Source: Podarcis pityusensis
Taxonomy: Eukaryota
Direction: 5' to 3' (one strand)
Length of the DNA: 64,000 bases
Assembly: GCA_964106645.2 (NCBI GenBank)
Contig: OZ067038.1
A model generated the notes under the pieces. It had not been told where the DNA came from. It saw only the letters and a list, made by a program, of their open reading frames with translations, and ran no database searches. Below, piece by piece: positions 50,212 through 64,000 of this stretch. The translations under genes were made by a program, and so were the position numbers. The number at the start of each line of letters is the position of its first letter. Positions within the stretch are counted from its first letter, which is position 1.

Positions 50212-50657
50212 AAATCTTTTTTTTAAAAAATAATTTTTATTGAAGATTTAAACAAAACGTATTATCCAAAAACATATCATCCTTAATTCCCCCCCCATTT
50301 TTCCTCCCCCCACAACCCCCCCGACTTCCCTCAGTTCCAGTCTTTGGTTTCTCTGTGAATGCTATTCTCTGCATGTTACAAAGTTGTATAAATCCTTCAA
50401 TTATTTAACTGATTACTGTCAATAAAAAGTTTGTGAATATTTATTCAAAACCTGCCAAGGAGTCCAATTCACTTTGTTGCCTCTTCAAATACTTTCTAAA
50501 GGGTTCCCATTCGTCTTTAAAGTCACAGTTATCCTTGTCCTGTAGCTTATGTGTCAATTTTGCCAGTTCTGCATAGTCCATCAATTTTTCTTGCCATGAT
50601 TCTTTAGCTGGAATTTCTTCCGTCTTCCATCCTTGTGCTATTAGGACTCTCGCAGCC
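50212..50657 (-). mobile_element. L1-clade LINE 3' end, 5'-truncated
   Basis: ORF 50441-50659 (AARVLIAQGWK...SWQEKLMDYAELAKLT...EWEPF) followed by a 3' UTR and A-rich tail. Probable TSD aataat(c/a)ttttt at 50200 and 50658. Confidence 0.8.
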
Positions 50658-52164
50658 AATAATATTTTTTATCAATGCTAAAATTTCAACTATGTTCTAC
50701 TTTCCTTGAGTAGCTAAAGAAGAGAATGGGGTTTTGTTTCTCGTGATCAGAGTCTATTAAGTTTGGGCCTCCCCAGGTCCCCTACTCCACTTGCTTTAAG
50801 CTGGGCCTGCACAGCATGCTTCCTCTGGCTGAATGTTCAAGGGGGAAACCTTCAGTGCTGGAGGTGATGGCTTTTTCTGCCTTGGTAAGCTTGTTTGAGC
50901 TCCAACATGCTTAGATGGACTTGAGCAAGTCTCATTCTTACCTATCTACAAGGGTTGCTATGAGTAGGAAACGAGAGGACTCCCATGCATGCTGCCCGTG
51001 GAGAATGTGAAATACGATGCGATAAAGTACAAGCCTTTTCAAGCCCCCCACAGAGTCTCAGATAAATAGGCATTTTCTATTTGCTACTACCAGTGCAGTT
51101 TGGAGATTAGTTTTTACCAAGACATAAATAACTCCAATCCAGTGACTTTTTTATTAACCGCTTTGCTCTGCACATTGAAGAAAAATGGAAGAGGGGTTGC
51201 TAATTAAATGTTTATTGTTAAGGACTTTGTATATTATATACTATAAGCCATTCTATCCATTAAACAAACCATTTAGCTCCCATAAAACTGCATTGCTGTC
51301 TGTTATTAGGTTAATCAGCATTCATATCCAGCCACACTGCATTTCCATTTAATTGCCCTTACTTAAACTTGTTTCACATTTTTATTTAATTAAGCCCAGC
51401 CAGCCACCAGAATGAAATTAATTGGGATTCAATCAGAGGATATGATTGTACCCCCTAAAGTCCATGGGCAAGGCATTTGAGCTCCCCTCCCCCGCAAAAA
51501 ATAAGTAGTTACAGTTCCCTTCCCATTCAAAAGCTTGATGTTAGCGCTAAAGAGTTTCAAGAATCTAGTGAAAATATGGGATGCAATTTAGATAAAATTA
51601 AATACAGCTAAGGGTGTGGGGTTTAAAAAAGTTTTTTTTTAAAAGAAGTGCCATTTGCTTTTACTATGTCTGTATTGCAAATGCAAATTTTATTGTCTAG
51701 AGAGCAGTAGTTTTCAAAATGTGTTCTAGAGAATGCTGGGATTGTCACAGGTTTCAGACAATATATGTTAAGTCAGGATCATAAAAAAAAAATACCTGCC
51801 CAAATTAAAGAGAAGAAGCATTGGTGCTGCCTGAATGCAGACCTTCATAACCCATGCATCACAAGGGTATCATTTCCTGGCATATAAATGGGCAGAGATG
51901 TGCAGATGAGCCCAAGGTTGCAGCAACTAATTGTGCTCTATCTTAAAAGTAATCCTGAAGCCACTTCAGTTTGCATAAACGTAGACTTCTGATGCATGGC
52001 AGTGAGTTCAGCTGCCATTACATTAGTCCAAGGATAGGGAACCTGTTGCTCTCCAGATATTGTAGACTCCGACTCCCATCAGCCCCAGCCAGCATGGCCA
52101 ACATCAGGGACAAGAGGAGCTATAGTCCAGCAACATCTGGAGGGTCAAAGGTCCCCATCCCTGT

Positions 52165-52580
52165 ATTTATTCTTTATTTATTGAACTGATATACCACCCT
52201 ATGCTCGGAGGTCTCAGGGCGGTTCACCAAAAATGTCACAATATATAAAATAACAATAACATCAATAATCCAATAACACCCCCCCCCCAAAAGAGCCACA
52301 TTTTAAAGGGTATAGGATGTTGATTAGAGCAGCCAAAGGCCTAGTTAAAACGGAATGTTTTTGCTGGATGCCTAAAGGTGTATAATGAAGGCACCAGGCG
52401 AACTTCTCTGGCGAGAGCATTCCACAGATGGGGAGCCACTGCAGAGAAGGCCCGTTCTCATGTTGCCACCCTCCGGACCTCTCAAGGAGGAGGCACGTGA
52501 ATGAGGGCCTCAGCAGTTGATCTCAGGGTCTGGGTAGGTTCGTATGGAAAGAGGCGGTCCTTGAGTTATTGTGGTCCTGA
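52165..52580 (-). mobile_element. Squamate L2-like LINE 3' fragment
   Basis: (ttta)-type tail, then ataccaccc..tctcagggcggttcac and a decayed ORF2 end. Confidence 0.6.
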
Positions 52581-53768
52581 GCTTGCACTAGTGGAACTTA
52601 CATGCTGCCCAGTGGAACACTCTTGTTCTACCTGCCTGCTCGGGTCTAATTTTGCAATAAATCTCTGCACTATTGCAATTGAACATTTATTTTAAATCCG
52701 AAGGCTGGTGAGCATAATCTATGGGGAGATATTTACTGGATTTTCTTCACTAGCCATAGCTGTAAAACAGCAGCAGCAATTATACTAGTGATAACAGCGT
52801 GAAGCAAAGCAGGCCACACTGAGATTTCAGTCTCTGGAGTGGAAGACCTTTCTCGTTCACATCTCGGCATAGCATGCAGTACAGTAGGTGTGTCCATCAA
52901 GATTCTAGAACTTTGACTTCAAGGTTCCACAGCAAGCCTAGAAATATAAAATAGTGAAATGCTCCGGATTCTACATTTCAGAACTGCAATTTGTTGTGTT
53001 TCACAAATGCAGTTGTTAGACAAATTATGCTACGGTTCATTTCTATGCCTTTCAGCCAACATTGCCCCTAGGTGGCTCACAAGGCTAAAATACAATAATG
53101 GAAATTATAGGACATTTCAAGTGTTCAGAGCACTTCTTGTACATTATTTCATTAATCCTTATAACAGCTCTGTAAAGTAGAGCCCTATTTTACAGATTGG
53201 GAGTTCAGAATAGGCCATCTAATGGGTTTGTGGCTCAGATGGGATTTGAACTATGGATGTCCCTAAGAGATTCCTGTTTAGATTTTATCACCTCTTCAAG
53301 ACCTGGATCAGAGCAAATGTTAGCACAACCTTCATCCTGCTCATTGTCCCCTAACCTTGAAGCTGCTACACCAGCCCGTCCGTCCAACACCCAGCTCCTT
53401 CTACTACTGCTGAGACCAAAACAACTAGCACATTGAGTCCTTTTATGAACTTTAAATGGGGAGGTTAGTCTCAGCCACGAGAATAAAACCAATTTATGAG
53501 GCAATTAGCGGTGCAAAAACATTTCACTCTCCCCCGAGAAGCCATCTGAAGAGCATCTTACTCCAGCTGAACAGCCTCATTCCATCCCTGCATTTATGGC
53601 ACACTTCACTTGTCATAAATAATAGTACTGTAAAAGTTAACAGCTTCCCATTGCTTCAGGGAAATAGAAGAAAAATGTACCCGGGCTAGTGTGGCAACAG
53701 GGTAGATTTCTTGTCTATTTGCCTGCATTTGCAAGTTATGTAGATGCAAAGCTTGCTGAATCTTTACT

Positions 53769-54205
53769 AGGGGTGGGGTTGGGGAGAACTTTGTTCAGTT
53801 TGCAATTTATTGAGAAACTACCAAATTGCCACTTTCCAAACCAATACACAAACCAAAAACACAGCTCTCCTTCGAAATTTGCACTTCTCCAATTTTTGCG
53901 ATGCAATCTTCTCCCCCCAAAATGTGTTCAAAAATGCTACTCTTAATGCACCTATTAGTGAAATAATGCCCAAAATGCATTTTGGATGTACAAAAAGGCA
54001 TTTTGTTACAGGAAAATTGCTTGCAAAATTCCACATAAAATGTGCATATTAGGGGAAGTGTGCATGAAAATTTTGCATTGCAAAATTTGGATAAACGCAA
54101 ATTTCAATAGGTAGCTGTGTTTTGGTGTGCATTTTGTTTCAGAAAGTGCAAATCTGATAGATTCAGTTTTAAATGTGTGCTGAACCAAGTTTCTCCGCCA
54201 CCCCT
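53769..54205. mobile_element. Palindromic non-autonomous DNA element (MITE)
   Basis: Imperfect inverted ends aggggtgg..ggagaa..ttcag / ctgaa..ttctcc.ccacccct, and an interior with inverted symmetry. Confidence 0.6.
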
Positions 54206-57200
54206 AGTCAGGAGACATTGATTCCTGCTCTATGGGGGCTAGGGCCCTTGAAATAGTTGCAGGGATAAACAATATTATCAATAACACATCCCTATCAGGA
54301 TTTCTTATGTGCGCTCTCTCTCTTCACAACCCGATTACTTTCTTTTACTGTTATTCTAGCTAAAGACCTGGTTAACATCCATGTTTGAATCATTCCGCCT
54401 TTAAATTTTGATGACTCTATGAGTCTGACAGACTGGAGCTTTTTAAAAGCTTTTAATTCTAAGTTTTCAGGCTTTAACACAGCTGGTTAAATTTGTAATG
54501 ACTCTCTGCTGCTTTCCTTCTCCCTTGAACTTTCTACCTCCTTGGCAAGTGCAGATCTCCTGCTAGGTGCCAATTAAATCCTATCAAGGAAGCATACATT
54601 CATTAAGAGAATCGCTCTTTGTCTTAATGCTTCTGCATATAAGTGGCACTAACCTCAATAGGCTGATCATCTACCTGCAAGGGATGGGGAGAAAAGGCCA
54701 CCTATGTCTATCTGAATAAATTTTGCAGTGAGGATTGGGGCCTGAAAAAATGAGCATTTTTTTAACTGCAATCAGCTGCTATAGATTGATGGGGAGGTGG
54801 AATGAGGGAGGGAGGGAGGGAGGGAGGGAGGGAGGGAGAAGGAGAAATTGAGATTTGTATGAATAATGTGCCACATTGGCACATGTCTTGTGCATGATAG
54901 CACACCACCCCTTATCACATTTAATTTTCTGGAGACATGGCTGTTTTGATCCAGGAATGGTTCAGTGCATTGGGTCCACACCAGCCCGGTTAAGAGTAAT
55001 AAAGAGATTTGGAAATGATGTACCTCCTCTCCATTAATTAACCTCTGCCACTCTGTGTACAACTCATGTATAGCACTGCTGGGGCAGGAAGGGGGGAACA
55101 AAATCATTGTCATAGCTGGTTGCCTCCTACTTTGCATGGGATCTGGGATCTAGGGCCAACACCAACACAAGGGAGCTTGCTGTCTTCTTGCACTGTCACC
55201 TCCTATCCAATTCTATGAAATGCTCTACAAGTGCAGCAGTTTGGCAGGCTTCCGTACATCAAGCTATATAAACCATCAGATAACTCCTCCTTCTGGTCAC
55301 GGGTAAGGGGAAGTTGATATCCTATCTCTTTCCCCCTTGACCTTTGACACCTGAGATGTATATTTTTAGGACCCACCCTATTTTTGTGATGGTAAGTTGT
55401 TCTAAACTGTTTTTAATGTCGAAATTTAAATGCTTGCAACCCAACCTGGGACCTTAGGGTGAAGGGCGAGTTGTAGTTGTGGTTGTTAAGGTTTTGGTAA
55501 AGCAAACTTGAAAAGCATGGATGTAAGTCTGGCAGGTATAAATGATTAGGGGATATCTGTGGAGTGGAACTGTATGTTACATATGAAACAAATGCAAGTA
55601 ACCCTCACCTCAAAGCATGAGGGGTGTCTCTTTTTTTTTTATAAAAAGAGAAGTGGCAGTGAGGGGGTGCTTAACTTCTCTCTGCCCATTAAAAGGTGTT
55701 TCTAAGCTGCTTGCTAGTTAGAAAAACAACCAACCCTGTGAGAGACAGTTCTCTCTTTTGCTTCTTTGATAAGGAAGAGAAAGGTAGCAGACTTGCGTGA
55801 GTGAGATTATGCACCCTCTCAAGTACCCTTTCTCATTTTAGAAATCTCATGGCTACTGCCATTTTATAAAAGCAAGCTTCTTGAATCTCACCCTCTGCAA
55901 AATTCACCCGAAAGCTATTTGAGTGATGCTTAGCTTGACATTCACTACCCATTTTGGTATGCGCTTTTGGTGTGGCATTTCTAGTATTCCCTGCATTTAA
56001 AAGGGAGATAATACAATAGCGCAGTAATGTTAACTGCCGAGAGTGGGTAAATGTCACAGATAACATTGCCAAGGGACACACACACACATACACACAAGCC
56101 AATATGTGCTTTCCAAATAAAATATTAAAATCTCATGACTGGTGTAAAATGTAAGATCAGTTTTGAGAGCCACCTTGGAAATGTTAAAGGAGACACCTCA
56201 CAAAATTCATACTATTTCTGGGTACAACTCTTTGAACATTCAAAGATGAGTGAACATGCACATCTTAATATTTAATAACATGAGATTATCTTAATTGAGA
56301 ATATTATGGGTGGCCAAAAAAATATTTAAAGGAGAACATTTTAGAGCTTTTATAAATAATGAGATTTCTCTAGAAGGCTACAGAATGGGTGCATTCACAT
56401 GGGATTATTGCATTAGTTTTCCTGGTTATAAAGTGAGCACTTCTGCTCTAGTTTTTAATGCTCTTTTTATGCTGCACTGTCTGTTGCATTATGGAACAGT
56501 GGCTTTTTAAATCAATATACCACAATGTCGTGTTAATTTCATTCACACTAGTAGGCGTGGTGTGAAACAACAGTGGATTTAATTGGACATTTTGCTACCC
56601 TTTCTGTGCATGCATTTTTTCCCTTCCCATGATTCATCCATGAAAATGGCAGACAGGAACTGTATGTCAGAATAACGCTGTGTATTTGGTCACATGGTAT
56701 GATCATGGAAATGGTGGGAAATCATTGCACAAAACTCTCACGATTTTCTAAGTCAGTGAGGTTGCAAACTGAATGCTGTAGGGTGTGGTTTATTTGCACT
56801 TTTTCTAGCCATACAATATCCTTTCTGAGGGGGTCGTAACCGGATCCGCACACAGAACAACAGCACATTACATGTGCTGAACTGAAATGTTAAAATGCCA
56901 TGGGTGATAATTCCAGGTGAACGTTAGAGAAGACCCACAAGCGGGCAGAAAATGGTCTCTTTTCCTGAAAAGAATACAATTTTACAGATGGGGACTTTTT
57001 ATGAGGGAGGGCAGGATGTTAAGGAAAATAAACTGGCACCAATCACTGAAAGAATGAAATGCTCCCAACTCATAGTCAGGGGAAAACATACACAAATGGT
57101 TCTCAGATGTTTGTATTTTGACTCCTGTTACTTAGTGATGTAATCAGGGCATTTTAGACTCAGGAGGTAATAGTCTAAACTGGATGGAGGTGAGGTTGGG

Positions 57201-57245
57201 TAGGATGAGGAAGGCCTCTCAATGGTAATGTGTATTACTTCACTT

Positions 57246-57597
57246 TGGTGGGGATGCAGGTGGCGCTGTGGTCTAAAACCATAGAGCCTAGGGCTTTCCA
57301 ATCAGAAGGTCGGAGGTTTGGGGTGAGCTCCCGTTGCTCGGTCCCAGTTCCTGCCCACCTAGCAGTTCGAAAGCATGTCAAAGTGCAAGTAGATAAATAG
57401 GTACCGCTCAGGCGGGTAGGTAAACGGCATTTCTGTGTGCTGCTGTGGTTCGCCAGAAGTGGCTTAGTCATGCTGGCCACATAACCCGGAAGCTGTCTGC
57501 AGACAAACGCCAGCTCCCTTGGCCTATAGAGCGAGATGAGCGCACAACCCCAGAGTCGTCTGCGACTGGACCTAACGGTCAGGGCTACCTTAACCTT
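57246..57597 (+). mobile_element. Sauria SINE, full length
   Basis: tRNA-like head ggtggcgctgtggt, the characteristic body and an (acctt)n tail. 13-bp TSD tattacttcactt at 57233-45 and 57598-610. Confidence 0.92.
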
Positions 57598-58729
57598 TAT
57601 TACTTCACTTATTTCAGAACATGTGAAGCCAACCCTGCTGCGTTAGGGGCTCCCCTACTTGTTCAGCTGACTTGCTCCATTATCTTGCTCCAAAGTCTTG
57701 CTTGCTCCATTGGAGTACCACATCTCCCACAGCCTTAAATGTCCTGGTGTGCCGTCTGGAGCAATCCACAATCTTTGGTCAAAGTGTATCTTTTCAGTCC
57801 CCTTTCAGCCAGGTATCCCTTTATTTACTTTGGGACACACAGCTAGGCCCATCCTCTTCCTCCCTCCTACAATGGACAGGTTCTTGCCATAAAATCTTGG
57901 TCTCTCTGAGCAGTCCCAACCATCTTCAGCTGTGGCATGAGAAACAAAACAACCTCTGCTTAGGCTTCGCTCCCTTGCAAAACAGTAAGGAGATTGTCTG
58001 CATTCATTTCTTTTACTAGTCAAACAGCCCTCAGAGCTGCTATAAAATCCACATTGGTTCAAGTGAACCAGGAAAATGGCAAAATTGGCTATTTTTGTCC
58101 TGTTAAAAATACAGCTGTCTTTGAGGTGAAGCATCTTAAGGTGGCACTGTTGCCTCATGGTTAGAATAGTTCGCTCTTGCTTGTTTTGTATTTATTACAA
58201 ATGCTCAGTGCCAGAGATTTTGCCCTGAGTCGGGAGGAAGCCAGGCTCACACCACAGCTTGAGAGTTTGCTTTGAGCATTGGGTTAACAATGTAATGGAT
58301 CCGTGGGACACTGTGGGTGAAGACAGATGGAGGATGAAAACAGAGCTCAAAGCAAGTTCTCAAGCTGCGGTGTGGGCCCTGACTTCCTTCTGACTTCACA
58401 ACTGAAATGACAGGCATAGGGTGCATTGCCAAAAGAAAGAGAGGACACAATTTTGCATATACCAATGTATAGATATAGACACAAATTTAAATATATTTCC
58501 TCTAATTGAAATACAAATATAATACAGCTCTCCAAAGCAGGAAACACATCAGATAACTTGTGTATCTCCTCAGTCTGTTGACCGGTGCTGTTAGCTGTTG
58601 ACAGACAACTTTAGGCCTCCTGCTCGCCCTCCTTTCTTAGAGTTTCTTATCTTTAAATCAGACTTGGATTGGACAGCCCCCAAACAGAGGACACCTTCAG
58701 ATATTGTACAAATTGATAGTGCAACTGCA

Positions 58730-59325
58730 CTTTGAGTACCGTGTACAGTCCCGGTTGTCTCATTTCGAAAAGGATATTGTGGAATTGGAAACGGTTTGGA
58801 AATGGGCAACCAAAATGATTAAGGGGATGGAGCGTCTCTTCTATGAGGAAAGGTTTGCAGAGTTTTAAACTTTTTTAGTTTAGAGAAAAGCCAAGTGAGT
58901 GGTGACATGACAGAAATTTGTACAATTATTCAAGGTTTGGAGAAAGCGGATAGGGAGACCCTGCTCTCCCTTTCTCATTATATAGAACTTGGAAAGATCC
59001 AATGAAGCTGAATTTTGGAAGTTTCCAAAAGAAAGCACTCTTCAAGCTGTGCAATAGGCAGTGATTGGTCAGCAGCTTAAATGGCTTTAAAAGAGGATTA
59101 TACAAATTTATGGGGGGGGGGGATGGCTATGTTTTACCTCCATTGTTGGAAGCAGTATGGCTCTGAATACCAGTTGCTGGGAATCACAGGTAGGGAGAGA
59201 GAGTGGTGTTGCAGTCAGGTCCTTCTTGTGGATTTCCCTCAGGCATCTGCTTGGCCACTGTGAGATCAGGATGCTTGACTAGATGGGCCATTGGCCTGAT
59301 CCGGGAGGCTCTTATTATGTCCTTG
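58730..59325 (+). mobile_element. CR1 LINE 3' fragment
   Basis: Decayed KDIVELE.V..ATKMIKGMERLFYEER..FSLEK CR1 ORF2 C-terminus, then a 3' UTR ending cttattatgtcctt. Confidence 0.78.
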
Positions 59326-61620
59326 GAGGATTATCCTTTGTAAAGTAGGTCACATGACCACCCTCACCCAGACCAGCAAATCAAGCACTTGTCACAACTT
59401 CCCATGTGCTGCTGTAGGTGACCTGTCCCCCTTCATTTTTGAAAAAATGTCTATATAACTTTTATGAGTTTATCCATACATCTTTGCCGTATTATTATTA
59501 TTTTTAAGTGCTAAACCTCTCCAGGGTGAGTGGGTAGTGACAATGTAAGAGCCATGGGCAGCCAGCTTCTGCTTGAAACTCCAGAATCATTCCCTCCACC
59601 CCAGAACTCAGCCCTGTACAGGAGTCCTTGGGTATATTTGAAAGGAACAGAGTGAGAGTGCTGTGATTTATAACACGATCAGGATTCTTAACCATATGGG
59701 GAGCCCACCTGTGAACAGCAGGCCATCAACTCTTCCCACTCTGATATGGGAAAGGCAGGGTGGAGAGGGTGGAGCTTGGAAGAATGGTCTCTCGCTCCTG
59801 CCTGATTGTAATCGCAGGAGAATGAAACCAGAAAAGGGTTATGGAAGAGGAACGAAGTGCATCTATTGCCCATGTATTGTGCAGTGGAGGTTCAGATAGT
59901 TTCCCTCCGCCTCCTCAAGGAAGCACTTCCACAATTTGAAAAAGGATTAGACCTCTTCGTGGAGAATAGGTCTATCAATGACTCTCAGCCACGTTCTGCC
60001 AGTGGCGGTGGCTCCTTTTTGGTAATTCTGGTGGAGCAGGGAGGTGTTCTCCCTCTTCCTCTTGCCTCATCTCTCAAATCAGCAGGGCTAATGGAAGCAA
60101 CAGGAGACAGAAAGCTAAACTACCTCCAGAGCCATAAGCAATCCTGAGGTACTTGCGAGGCATTTTCCTAATTAAAGTGCAGCATTTTGTCATTAAGGGG
60201 ATGCGATTTCCTTTGTCCTCTGGTATTTTGCCTAACTGTTTACTCTGCCCTTTTCTCCCTAGATCAAATTGCCCCTTCACTTAAAAACATCAGCTTCCCC
60301 CCAGGATATAGGGAGGGAAAGAACAGAAAGCTGTCCAGAATTTCCTTATTAATGGCAGAAAAGAGCAGGAAACCATAGAAGGCAGAGTTAAATTTGTCAG
60401 CTTGGAAGGAGGCAGGCTGCTGGCATGACAAGGGCAGGCTGTAATACAGTATGAAACTGTTAACCACAAAATGAAATAAATGCTCCTCAGGGAAAGATCT
60501 TACACTAATGCCTATTACCTTAATAGCCTTGTGGTTAAATTCAGGGGGTATGGGTTCCATTGTTATGTTGCATTGGTCTTGAACAGGTGGTCTTAATTTG
60601 AAGTCACTTGAAGAACAGATCATTATAAAGAGGCTGAGGGCTGTGAAACATGCCGCAATGATTGCTGCAGTGATTAGGCATGTAGCCCCTCCAGCCAGCA
60701 GATGGTGCTGCATTGTCTCCTTACTGCTGACCTAGTGGTCTTCCATGGCCACATCCATTAATTTAAACCACTATGCTTTCCCCAAAGAATCCCAGGCACT
60801 GAGAAATTTAGCTCTGTGAGGGGTAAACTACCAGGGTAAACTATTCTTTTGAGAGAATCTGTGTGCTTTAAATTGACGATGTGGGTGAGACCTGTTATCA
60901 TCCTGTTCTAAGCAGGATCTGGAACTTTAGTCATGTTCCTAGGATGTGTACACTTCTGGAGTGGTCATTTAATAAAGCTTGCTTATTTAAGGAAGTATCA
61001 CAAGTGACTGGTCACTCACATCTAAATTATACATCTTAGATCACTGAGTACCAAGCAAACGGTGACTTCTGAGTCTTTGTGAATTGAGTGGACTCATCCG
61101 GACAATATTTCAAAAGGCGAGTGACAAAAAAGATCACCTGCAGCTTCCTAGCGCAGTTTATGGTCCCTGCAGTCGGTTATCACAACAAAAGAACATAAGA
61201 AGCACCTGCTGGATTGGGTCAGTGACCCCATCTGGTCTAGCTTCCCGTTCTCATAGTGGCTGGACAGTTGCCTGTGGGAAATCAGTGAGCAGATTTGAGT
61301 GAAAGAGCTCTTTCCCTGTTCCTGCGGTTTCCAGCATTGCTGCCTCCAGCTGTGTAGGCAGAGCATAGCCATTGTGACTAAGAGTCATCCATAGGCCTCT
61401 CCTCCATGATGATCACTTTGGGCCAAAGTAGATGTGATGCTTGGGGAACCTCAGGCCTGGGGCAAGGAGGACAGGAAGGTTGCCCTCAAGGCCTCTCTGT
61501 TCAACTCTTTGGTCTTTCTTTAGGCTATACCCCTTGCTGGCTCTGCTTTGGAGTGAGTCCTTAAACAGGGATATTGCTTCTTGCTTGTTGGATGGCGAAC
61601 GGAGAGATGGTGGGGAATAC

Positions 61621-61622
<2 letters not shown>

Positions 61623-61657
<35 letters not shown>
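61623..61657. repeat. (TG)n microsatellite
   Basis: Read directly; a similar tract lies at 39845-39872. Confidence 0.95.
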
Positions 61658-61660
<3 letters not shown>

Positions 61661-62742
61661 AAGTTCTGACTTTGGCCTGGCTGCACAAAGGTAAGAGTCA
61701 TAGCCATAGCTCTGTGCACTTTTGCCTCTGGCCATGCTCATCATGCTCACGTGCCCCCCCAAGCTTTCTCATTTGAGAATATGGCCCTTGGTCTAAAAAA
61801 AGATTCCCCACCACTTTGCTCAGTGCGTAATTAGAAACCACAAAAAGTTTTTAATAGGAGATGGGATGGGAGGTTTAACCCTTTTCCTCTCCATGTGCTG
61901 TGGGCACAGTGACCTCCTCGTGGCTCCCATTAAATGAAAACGAATACCATGTCTAGTTAGTCCTTCAAAATTGCTATTAAGGAAGCCTGGCCCTTCTAAA
62001 ATGCAGGAAGAAATGGCAAGCTAGGAGAAGTCAGGAAAGGGAGCCTTTATAATGTATCTTTATTCGTGCACACTGAGAAAGCTGTTTGATGGAGCTTTTC
62101 CTGTCCATTCCCATCCTATGGAGGGTTTAATCGAAGCAAAACCTTCTAGAGAGATCTGAAGCTGGCAATGCAAAAAACCCCACCAGGCTATGTTCATTGG
62201 CAAGCTATGACTGAATCCTGTATGAAGAGTTGGTTTATAAATGGATTTCATGACCTGCTGTTGAGGGAAGGTGCCTCCCTAGACACACCAGCAATCTGTT
62301 GCAGACTGTGGAAGCGGGAATGAGTGTTCACTTTTGTTAATTTGAAGGTCTGATCATATACTTAGGGTGTGGGCAGATTCCATGCTTTGCTGGTTTGTTA
62401 ACAGAACCTCAAGATCTACCAACAAGAGCCAGGTACAAAAGACATATAGTCCATACCTTGTTAGGATCAAGGCTAGTACGGGGACTCAGCAGTCTCAGGC
62501 AACGGGTGTGAGGTACACAAGTTGAGTGGGAGCAGTAGTGGACATTCCTCCTGAGCCCCCTGGCCATGCCACTCTGTCGAAGGACAGTGCTGTGTGCGCA
62601 CCATGCAGCATGCTAAGCTAGCTTGCTGCCTCCTGATGTGGTGCAGGACACTGTCTCTTCACTCGTGCAGAACTAAGATTCAACTGACAGTCCTGTCTGC
62701 TGTTGGGATGGGCAAGAGGCAAAATGTTTTTTTGGACCACCT

Positions 62743-63057
62743 CTAGGACTTGCCGATCAGAAGGTTGGCGGTTCGAATCCCCGCGATGAGGTGAGCTCCC
62801 ATTGCTCGGTCCCTGCTTCTGCCAACCTAGCAGTTCAAAAGCACGTCAAAGTGCAAGTAGATGAATAGGTACCACTCCAGTGGGAAGGTAAACGGCATTT
62901 CCGTGCGCTGCTCTGGTTCGCCAGAAGCGGATTAGTCATGCTGGCCACATGACCCGGAAGCTGTACGCCGGCTCCCTCGGCTAATAAAGTGAGATGAGCA
63001 CCGCAACCTCAGAGTGGGTCACGGCTGGACCTAATGGTCAGGGGTCCCTTTACCTTT
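62743..63057 (+). mobile_element. Sauria SINE, 5'-truncated
   Basis: Homologous to 57246-57597 and ends ggggtccctttaccttt. Confidence 0.9.
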
Positions 63058-63190
63058 TAAAGCACATGGCACCCCCAAAGAATTCTGGGTGCTGTAGTTT
63101 GTTAAGGGTGTTGGGAACTATAGCTCTGGAAGGGGTACACTACAGTTCCCAGGATTTTTTTTGGGGGGGAGTTATGTGCTTTAAATGTGT
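63058..63190. mobile_element. Short palindromic MITE-like repeat
   Basis: Inverted arms taaagcacat..ctggg..tgtagt / actaca..cccag..atgtgcttta. A related copy lies near 60750-60885. Confidence 0.55.
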
Positions 63191-64000
63191 GAAGAACAGC
63201 ACAATTTGGGAGGAAGCGGAGTAAAGTGAGAGCTGAGTAAAAGATATGGACAGGCACCATTCTAGGAACAAAAGAGTGACATGTCAAAGAGTTGCCTCAG
63301 ATTTCTGTGATTCTGTGAAAACTGAAGGTTTTAGGGGGGTTCTTCCCATCAAAGCAAAAGCCCTGGAAAAAGAGAAATGTTAATGGAGTTAAGTGACAGA
63401 ACTGGTCCAGATGGGACTGGGGGATTGTGGGCTTCAAATTTGCCTGAAAAGGCAGCAAATGAAAGCACTCCTGAGAGACATGATAAAGGGGTATATTATA
63501 ACTGACTTTATTTTGTAGATTTTGGCTTTAAATTCTTGCTGAGAGGTTTGTTTCCTCCTTGAGGATTTCCTGTTAAATATAAAAGCTTAATGGAAGCTGT
63601 GAAATGGTTGCACTACGAATTAATCATTGAAGTTGATACTTCGAGATGAGCGAGGACTGGGACTTGAGTAGTTCCCAGAATTTTCGGTCCTCTGAGACTC
63701 CATGGCAGCTTTTATTTCCATTTTCCTTGATGTCAAAGTCCACTCTTCTGAACGCTGTTGGTAACTCTACCCAACAGAGGAAGTTTTCCTGTGCAATATG
63801 ATTCTCTTGCCCAGATTCTATTCATTTCACTGGGGCCAATCCAGGCAGCGATGGGACGTTCCTGGCAATTTTTCCATGCCCTAATTCAGCCTTAGCCTAA
63901 ACATCTGAAGGGCACCAGGGTGGCAAAGGTTGTCCTAAATGGTTTGGTGTGCTTGACTTATGTCTGGTAAGCAACATTTTTTTTTAATGTACGCTGGCTA

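Noticed and set aside
57250-57325. tRNA gene
   Set aside because: It is the tRNA-derived head of a Sauria SINE, with body, tail and TSD.
40200-64000. A downstream protein-coding gene
   Set aside because: I found no recognisable exon chain on either strand. Isolated small exons or lncRNAs cannot be excluded by eye.

Overview
Vertebrate genomic DNA from a squamate, probably a lacertid lizard (Podarcis-type Sauria SINEs, a BovB-like RTE, CR1/L2/L1 fragments). Positions 327-37364 (+ strand) hold the 3' two-thirds of BIN1 (amphiphysin II). I read exons 8-20 (human numbering) directly: the end of the BAR domain, the muscle PI exon, the neuronal CLAP cassette, the MYC-binding region and the SH3 domain, all with GT-AG ends and consistent phase. 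About 40-64 kb is gene-free and rich in transposable elements. The most unusual signal is an expanded CLAP cassette. (1) Exon 16 is tandemly duplicated (25427-25546 and 28856-28975); both copies are intact and in frame and differ at 1/120 nt, against about 4-5% in the co-duplicated intron. (2) A strong candidate extra 54-nt in-frame exon (17856-17909, RGGLRLLPLPPVRRPKHC, with a PxxPxR SH3 ligand) has no counterpart I know in human BIN1. (3) A weaker alternative acceptor would end the protein in a PDZ-type ...TTEV*. A four-layer nested transposon stack lies at 48.7-50.8 kb. Human comparisons are from memory, and no searches were run.
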